DNA from: Pseudomonadota bacterium
GTDB lineage: Bacteria > Bdellovibrionota > FAC87 > UBA2466
DNA length: 12,168 nucleotides
Reading direction: 5' to 3'
Assembly (NCBI GenBank): GCA_043718025.1
Contig: JAYSWN010000074.1
Location: forward strand, 1 to 12,168
The notes under the pieces were generated by a model. It saw only the letters and a list, made by a program, of their open reading frames with translations. It was not told the origin of the DNA and ran no database searches. A program made the position numbers and the translations under genes. Positions 6,711-12,168 of the stretch are shown here, in pieces. Positions within the stretch are counted from its first letter, which is position 1; each line of letters starts with the position of its first letter.

Positions 6711-7841
6711 CTATTGCTCAAAATACGCTTCCACATTGCTCAAGGTGAACGCCGTGCATTCTGATGGCGTCACGTAGTGCGCGGTGCGCACGCTCAGTCG
6801 CATGTTGGGCGGGGTGTCCGTTAGGATGGCCGACCATTCGTACGGAAGACTGGGCTTCAGCACGTTAAGGTTCAAAGTGCCGTAATCACCGTCAAGGATC
6901 GAAGACGTTTCGTACTGCCAGCCCCCTAGCTGAAACAGCGCCGCTGTAAAATTTAAAACTGGCGAACCCGAAGGAGACGAGCCGCAGATTCCCGAACCGG
7001 GTGAATCAAAGTAGAAAGTTCTCCCTCGAAGTTGAATATGCAGAGTGCCGTAGCGTCCGCTTAAATACGATGCCGAAAGACCGCCGGTTGAGATGAATAT
7101 GTCATAGCGCTCGTGGTAATCGGAATTGCCGATGTTTAAACGACTTATTCTTTTATAAACGTCCAAAAAATCGCTGAGGCGGATTTCGAAAGGGGTCGAG
7201 CCATCGGGATTTAAAGGTCCGGAGTTAAAAACGACGCTGCTTGATCCCGCCACGTCACTTTTCCCCCGAAGCACTTTATTGACGTTGAGATAAAGGCGCG
7301 GGTCTCCATCAATGGTTCGGGTAGCGTTGGCGATTTGATTGAGGGTGGAGGCATCGAGTTTCGCCTCGATGGAAACCTTTGCACTGCCGGCAAGATCCGC
7401 GGTGCTTTCGCCTACGAGATAAAGTGCGGCCACCGAGTATTTTTTGAAATTTGCGGCGAAAGGGTTGGTGGCGCAGTTAGGACCGTCAACGCCCAAAATT
7501 CGTAGGCGCGTAATGGCGAGGGGAATATTGAGCGACACCCCGGTTTGTAACTGAGTTTTGGTGTAAGGGCCGAAAACGGTGCCGTCAGCGCCGATGGCGG
7601 CGGGATCTAAACCTTCGAGAACTTCGCGCGAGAGAGTGCTTTGGTTGCCGCTACTCAACGCGGTGAGAAACAAGCAGTCTTGCATCTCGTCTAAGGAAAC
7701 GGCCCCCCGAGCAAAACTCTTTTTTGGCCAGCTGACCTGTACGCTCACCAAAGGCTGAATCGGCCGCAGCGAGCATGACGCTGCGAGCAAAAGGCTCAAG
7801 GTAAAAAGGGCAATGCCTAGTGAAATTCGAATACCACTCAT
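6711..7841 (-). CDS. Uncharacterised lipoprotein (376 aa)
   Basis: Long ORF with a signal peptide ending LLAASC and beta-strand-rich composition; no catalytic motif recognised. Confidence 0.75.
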   Translation of the reverse strand: MSGIRISLGIALFTLSLLLAASCSLRPIQPLVSVQVSWPKKSFARGAVSLDEMQDCLFLTALSSGNQSTLSREVLEGLDPAAIGADGTVFGPYTKTQLQTGVSLNIPLAITRLRILGVDGPNCATNPFAANFKKYSVAALYLVGESTADLAGSAKVSIEAKLDASTLNQIANATRTIDGDPRLYLNVNKVLRGKSDVAGSSSVVFNSGPLNPDGSTPFEIRLSDFLDVYKRISRLNIGNSDYHERYDIFISTGGLSASYLSGRYGTLHIQLRGRTFYFDSPGSGICGSSPSGSPVLNFTAALFQLGGWQYETSSILDGDYGTLNLNVLKPSLPYEWSAILTDTPPNMRLSVRTAHYVTPSECTAFTLSNVEAYFEQ

Positions 7842-7843
7842 CG

Positions 7844-7857
7844 GCGATAATTATCGC
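7844..7857. promoter_or_regulatory. Perfect 14-bp palindrome GCGATAATTATCGC (candidate operator overlapping an extended -10)
   Basis: Exact palindrome 2 nt upstream of the lipoprotein ATG. The minus strand reads TGC-GATAAT-8 nt-ATG. Confidence 0.4.
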
Positions 7858-7873
7858 ACACTTGGCTAGAGGG

Positions 7874-8839
7874 TCAGCTCAATTTTGGCGACAGCTTTTC
7901 CCAGGTTTTTTGGAGCAGCGAATTTTTGAGTCGGGCTTTTTCCGCGATGAGTTTTGGCGTACCGGCTTTGACCTCGGCCATCCACTCCTTACTAAAGTGC
8001 CCATCACGGATTTCGGTCAGAATTTTCTTCATCTCTTGTTTGGTCGATTCTGGAATGACGCGTTTGGCGCGAGTCGCTCCGCCGTAAAGTGCGGTGGGGC
8101 TGATTTTAGTCGCCATTCCCGCGGGTCCATATTTCATCCACAGTTCCAAAATCATTCGGGCTTCGAAACAGGTCTCAAAAAACGCCATTTCCGGGGTGTG
8201 CCCGGCCTCGACCAAAATCTGGAAGGCGGTTTCCATCGTCTCCATAAAGCCACCGCAAAGCACCGCTTGCTCGCCAAACAGATCGCACTCGGTCTCCTCC
8301 CGAAACGTAGTTTTTATAAGCACGCTGCTGGCGCAGCCGATGCCTTTGGCGTAGCTCATCGCCAACGTTTCGGTTTCTCGATTGGGCTCTGGCTCAACCG
8401 CGTACACTCCCGGAAGGCCGCCGCCTTTGCTAAAGTTTTCGCGTAGTAGAGCACCGGCCCCTTTAGGCCCCACCAAAAAGTAGCTGCATCCCGTAATTTT
8501 CTGGATGTGGCCGAATACCAATGCAAAGCCGTGGGCAAAGCCGATAGTTTTGGGCGACGCTTTTAGCTGCTCTACGCACGCATTGTAAATTTCAGGGATA
8601 GTCTGGTCTGGAAACAAGAACATCACAACGCTGGCAGCGTGGATGGCGGCCGGAATGTCCATGACCGGCAGGCCATCTTCGCGGGCCCGATTGGCTCCCG
8701 CCCCTGGCCGGGCTCCGACCACAACCTTAACCCCAGAGTCGCGCAAATTGAGCGCGTGGGCGCGTCCCTGGTTGCCGTAACCTAGAATGGCCACCGTCTG
8801 CTCAAGAATCTTTTGCAGTGAGACATTTGAGACTTCCAT
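7874..8839 (-). CDS. ilvC: Ketol-acid reductoisomerase, class I (321 aa)
   Basis: [47 protein letters not shown] and EMAFFE. Start reassigned to ATG 8839 because the ORF-track start overlaps uvrB. Confidence 0.93.
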   Translation of the reverse strand: MEVSNVSLQKILEQTVAILGYGNQGRAHALNLRDSGVKVVVGARPGAGANRAREDGLPVMDIPAAIHAASVVMFLFPDQTIPEIYNACVEQLKASPKTIGFAHGFALVFGHIQKITGCSYFLVGPKGAGALLRENFSKGGGLPGVYAVEPEPNRETETLAMSYAKGIGCASSVLIKTTFREETECDLFGEQAVLCGGFMETMETAFQILVEAGHTPEMAFFETCFEARMILELWMKYGPAGMATKISPTALYGGATRAKRVIPESTKQEMKKILTEIRDGHFSKEWMAEVKAGTPKLIAEKARLKNSLLQKTWEKLSPKLS

Positions 8840-8861
8840 GGCGGTGGGTATACTACGCCCG
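8827..8861. promoter_or_regulatory. Bidirectional promoter between ilvC and uvrB
   Basis: Plus strand: TTGAGA (8827-8832), 16 nt, TATACT (8849-8854), 7 nt, ATG of uvrB. Minus strand: TAGTAT (8855-8850), 10 nt, ATG of ilvC. Confidence 0.6.
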
Positions 8862-10859
8862 ATGTCAGATTTCGTTTTAAAAAGTGAGTTCATTCCCCGC
8901 GGCGACCAGCCCGCCGCCATTGCTCAAATCGTTAAGAATCTTAAGGAAGGTAAGCGCGACACCGTTCTTTTGGGCGTAACCGGCAGCGGCAAGACCTTCA
9001 CCACCGCGCAGGTGATTGCCGAGTTAAATCGACCGGCGTTGATCTTGGCCCCCAATAAAACCTTGGCGGCGCAGCTTTACTCAGAATTCAAAGACCTGTT
9101 TCCGGACAACGCGGTGGAGTACTTCGTAAGTTATTACGATTACTACCAGCCCGAGGCGTACATTCCGTCGTCAGACACTTTTATCGAAAAAGACTCGGCA
9201 ATTAACGACCAGATTGATCAGTTGCGCCATTCGGCGACGCGAAGTTTGCTGTCACGGCGCGATGTTTTAATCGTGGCCAGCGTTTCTTGCATTTACGGTC
9301 TGGGCTCACCGGAAGTCTATCGCCAGATGGTCATTGAGCTCGAACAGGGCAAAGTTCACCGGCGCGATGAGCTGTTAATGCATTTGGTAGAAATCCAGTA
9401 CGAACGAAACGACTACGACTTTCACCGCGGCACGTTTCGCGTGCGGGGCGACATTGTCGAGATCTTTCCGGCGTTCGAAGTGACCGACGCCTACCGCGTG
9501 AGTTTCTGGGGCGATGAGATTGAAAAGCTTCAGCGCATCGATCCTATCACCGGCAAAGTGTCCGAAGAGCTAAAGAAAATATCGATCTTTCCGGGCAGCC
9601 ATTACGTCACCGAAAAAGACATGCTGAAAAGGGCCGTGCGTTCCATCCAGGAAGAACTACAGGTTCGTTTGCAGCAGCTAAAATCGCTAAATAAGTTGGT
9701 GGAGGCCCAGCGTATCGAAAGCCGTACCTATTACGATATCGAAATGCTGGAAGAGGTTGGCTACTGCAACGGCATCGAAAACTACAGCCGGCACTTTACC
9801 GGCCGCAACGTCGGCGATCCGCCGCCGACCCTCATTGAGTATTTTCCCGAAGATTTTCTCTTGTTCATCGACGAGAGCCACGTCACGGTGCCGCAAGTGG
9901 GTGGCATGTACCGCGGTGACCGGGCCCGAAAAGAGACTCTGGTGGAACACGGTTTTCGGCTACCGTCGGCACTCGATAACCGTCCGTTGAACTTTTCTGA
10001 GTTTGAATCGCTAATTGGCCAAGTGGTCTATGTCTCGGCAACTCCCGGCAAATACGAAATGGCGAAAACGCGGGGCGAAGTGGTGCAGCAGATCATTCGG
10101 CCCACCGGCCTAACCGATCCGCAGATCACCATTAAACCGGCAACTGGTGCAGTTGAAGACCTTTACGGTGAAGTGAAAAAAGTGGTCGAAAAAGGGTTTC
10201 GCGTTCTGATCACCACGCTGACCAAACGCATGGCCGAAGACTTAACCGAGTATTATCAAAAAATGGGCATTCGGGTGCAGTACCTACATTCGGATATCGA
10301 CGCCATCGAGCGGGTTGAAATATTGCGTCAGCTTCGTTTAGGCCAATTCGACGTGTTGGTGGGCATCAACCTACTTAGGGAAGGGCTAGACATTCCGGAG
10401 TGCGCTTTAGTCGGTATTTTAGACGCCGATAAAGAAGGGTTTTTAAGAAGCCAGACCGCGCTTATTCAGACCATTGGCCGCGCCGCCCGAAATCTGGAAG
10501 GGCGGGTCATTCTGTACGCGGATAAAATGACCGATTCGATTAATTTCGCGGTCTCTGAAACCGATCGCCGGCGAAAAATCCAGGAGGATTACAACGTCGC
10601 AAACAACATCACGCCCACCACCGTAAAGAAAAACATTCAGAGTTCGCTCTATAGTGGGGCAGACAAAGATTACTTTACGCCCGCCAATCTTCCCGTCGAC
10701 AAGAACGGGGCGGTGGATCCTAAGCAGTTGCCTAAGCAGATCGACCGGCTCGAAAAAATGATGAAAACGGCGGCTAAAAATTTGGACTTTGAGAAGGCCG
10801 CCGAGATTCGCGATCGCATCAATACTTTAAAACGAAGCCAGCTATTGGCGGTCAGTTAA
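8862..10859 (+). CDS. uvrB: Excinuclease ABC subunit B (665 aa)
   Basis: [57 protein letters not shown] and a C-terminal UVR motif [11 protein letters not shown]. Start reassigned to ATG 8862 ([10 protein letters not shown]). Confidence 0.98.
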   Translation: MSDFVLKSEFIPRGDQPAAIAQIVKNLKEGKRDTVLLGVTGSGKTFTTAQVIAELNRPALILAPNKTLAAQLYSEFKDLFPDNAVEYFVSYYDYYQPEAYIPSSDTFIEKDSAINDQIDQLRHSATRSLLSRRDVLIVASVSCIYGLGSPEVYRQMVIELEQGKVHRRDELLMHLVEIQYERNDYDFHRGTFRVRGDIVEIFPAFEVTDAYRVSFWGDEIEKLQRIDPITGKVSEELKKISIFPGSHYVTEKDMLKRAVRSIQEELQVRLQQLKSLNKLVEAQRIESRTYYDIEMLEEVGYCNGIENYSRHFTGRNVGDPPPTLIEYFPEDFLLFIDESHVTVPQVGGMYRGDRARKETLVEHGFRLPSALDNRPLNFSEFESLIGQVVYVSATPGKYEMAKTRGEVVQQIIRPTGLTDPQITIKPATGAVEDLYGEVKKVVEKGFRVLITTLTKRMAEDLTEYYQKMGIRVQYLHSDIDAIERVEILRQLRLGQFDVLVGINLLREGLDIPECALVGILDADKEGFLRSQTALIQTIGRAARNLEGRVILYADKMTDSINFAVSETDRRRKIQEDYNVANNITPTTVKKNIQSSLYSGADKDYFTPANLPVDKNGAVDPKQLPKQIDRLEKMMKTAAKNLDFEKAAEIRDRINTLKRSQLLAVS

Positions 10860-11780
10860 GCAGCGGCCTTCGCCGCACGATCCTAAGCTACTCTGACACT
10901 CAAAATGCGAATCCGCGGTAAACGTAAAGCGCACCCAGCCGTGAAAGTCGGTGCGCAGCACTTCAGCGCCAAACTGCCGTAAGCGTTCTAGCACGGTGGC
11001 GTTGGGGTGGCCGTAGCGGTTGGTCACTCCTGACGAGACCACCGCGAACCGCGGGCTAAGTTTCCTTAGAAACCGGGGAGTGCTCGAAGTGCGGCTTCCG
11101 TGGTGGGCCACTTTTAGTACCGTGGGGGCTGGCCAATCGGCGCTTCGCGCCACCAGCTCTTTTTCACCCTCTTTTTCAATATCGCCGGTGAGTAAAACTG
11201 AACATTCGCCAAACTGGAGGTTGAGTACCAGCGCTCGGTCGTTAGTTGTGATTCCCTTTAGGGGAAGTAGCGAGACCCGCGCTCCGCCCAGCCGCTGGCT
11301 CTGGGGCCGGGTGATCGGAAGGGCTTTGGCCTTGCGTAAATGCGCGCGCGCAATGAGATCGGTGAGCAGAGGTTTGGTGACCTTTGCCCTTTCAGTGATA
11401 GCGGGGTTGTACAAAAATGAATCTACCGTTAGTTCGCTCAATAATGATAGCAACCCCTCGCCATGATCCGCGTCAGGGTGAGTAAGCACCATGCTGTGGA
11501 GTCGCAAGATTCCCTGCGAGGTTAGTTCGGCAAATAGCTCCCGCCCAATCTGCCGTTCTAAGAATGCACCGCCGCCGTCTACCATCCAACGGGACCGGTC
11601 GGGAAAGTCGATGAGGGCACTGTCGCCTTGGCCAACGTCAAAAAAGGTGATTTGCAGCTTGGGGGTTGAGAAGGGGGCCAATCGAACCATGGTGCGGTAA
11701 AGCAGGAAAAGGCTACTCCCCAAGACGATAAACCGACCCAGAACTCGATTTTTAGGCACCATTCGTAGGAGCAGAAGCAA
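10842..11780 (-). CDS. Stand-alone ComEC/Rec2-type metallo-beta-lactamase-fold hydrolase with one N-terminal hydrophobic segment
   Basis: [36 protein letters not shown] and NRYGHP. Start uncertain (TTG 11780 or ATG 11762); in-frame TAG at 11816-11814. The 3' end overlaps uvrB by 18 bp. Confidence 0.88.
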   Translation of the reverse strand: MLLLLRMVPKNRVLGRFIVLGSSLFLLYRTMVRLAPFSTPKLQITFFDVGQGDSALIDFPDRSRWMVDGGGAFLERQIGRELFAELTSQGILRLHSMVLTHPDADHGEGLLSLLSELTVDSFLYNPAITERAKVTKPLLTDLIARAHLRKAKALPITRPQSQRLGGARVSLLPLKGITTNDRALVLNLQFGECSVLLTGDIEKEGEKELVARSADWPAPTVLKVAHHGSRTSSTPRFLRKLSPRFAVVSSGVTNRYGHPNATVLERLRQFGAEVLRTDFHGWVRFTFTADSHFECQSSLGSCGEGRCLTDRQ

Positions 11781-11863
11781 AAGATCGGCCAGGGGGGCAG
11801 ACTCCCGTTGACACTAAGACGCGCAGCGTTAAAACGGGTCTGTACTTAATTTTGGAGGTTTAT

Positions 11864-12168
11864 ATGGCCCGTCTGTTTATGGCTTTTTTCGCTCTTTTAA
11901 GCGTTTCCACTTTCGCAAATCCCCCGAGTTTTGAAACCATTCCCGACGAGGAGAAGGTGATCTCCCCGTTATTGGTTCTAGGGACGGAAGCGGGATTGAA
12001 AAAATCGTTCGTCGAAATCGAAAAGAAAATTGGGGAGCTAACCAAGGCCGGTACCGATCCAAAAGGGGTGGTTAAAGCGGTGCGCGATGCTCACCCCCAA
12101 GCCCACGGCTGCGTTCGTGCCAGTTTTAGCGTGCTTTCGGACAAGGATCTGAATGTAAACAAAGAGAC
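11864..12168 (+). CDS. Secreted catalase-like heme protein, N-terminal part (runs off the window edge)
   Basis: GGAGG SD at 11854-11858 and ATG 11864. Translation MARLFMAFFALLSVSTFANPPSFETIPDEEK...AVRDAHPQAHGCVRASFSV shows a signal peptide and the RDAHxxxHGC distal-His motif of small catalase-related proteins. TTGACA lies upstream at 11808-11813. Confidence 0.78.
   Translation, partial: MARLFMAFFALLSVSTFANPPSFETIPDEEKVISPLLVLGTEAGLKKSFVEIEKKIGELTKAGTDPKGVVKAVRDAHPQAHGCVRASFSVLSDKDLNVNKE

Noticed and set aside
6694..7873. tRNA-anchored genomic island
   Set aside because: No integrase and no duplicate of the tRNA 3' end seen in the window.
8787..8920. Apparent head-to-head coding overlap of ilvC and uvrB
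   Set aside because: Artefact of longest-ORF starts. Family-like sequence begins at 8839 (-) and 8862 (+).
512..12062. Numerous short antisense or alternate-frame ORFs (e.g. 7820-8446, 11020-11466, 3191-3550, 11860-12045)
   Set aside because: They shadow well-supported genes and have no recognisable motifs.

Overview
Bacterial chromosomal window of roughly 50-55% GC by eye. Gene content and lipoprotein style suggest a Bdellovibrionota/Oligoflexia-like deltaproteobacterium (inference only). The minus-strand run, read 5'->3', is rhodanese, two paralogous trypsin-like (S1) serine-protease lipoproteins, Tad secretin (RcpA/CpaC), Tad ATPase (TadA/CpaF), rpmE, prfA and prmC (partial). Next come a secreted DUF6973-like protein, tRNA-Arg(CCT), an uncharacterised lipoprotein and an orphan ilvC set head-to-head with uvrB across 22 bp. 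The window ends with a stand-alone ComEC-type metallo-beta-lactamase-fold gene and the start of a secreted catalase-like protein. The prmC start, the tRNA and the catalase-like gene are absent from the ORF track. I see no mobile element, CRISPR array or defence system. The most notable signals are a minimal two-gene Tad module linked to protease lipoproteins with sigma-54-like motifs, a symmetric bidirectional leaderless promoter at ilvC/uvrB, a split ComEC and a divergent orphan IlvC.
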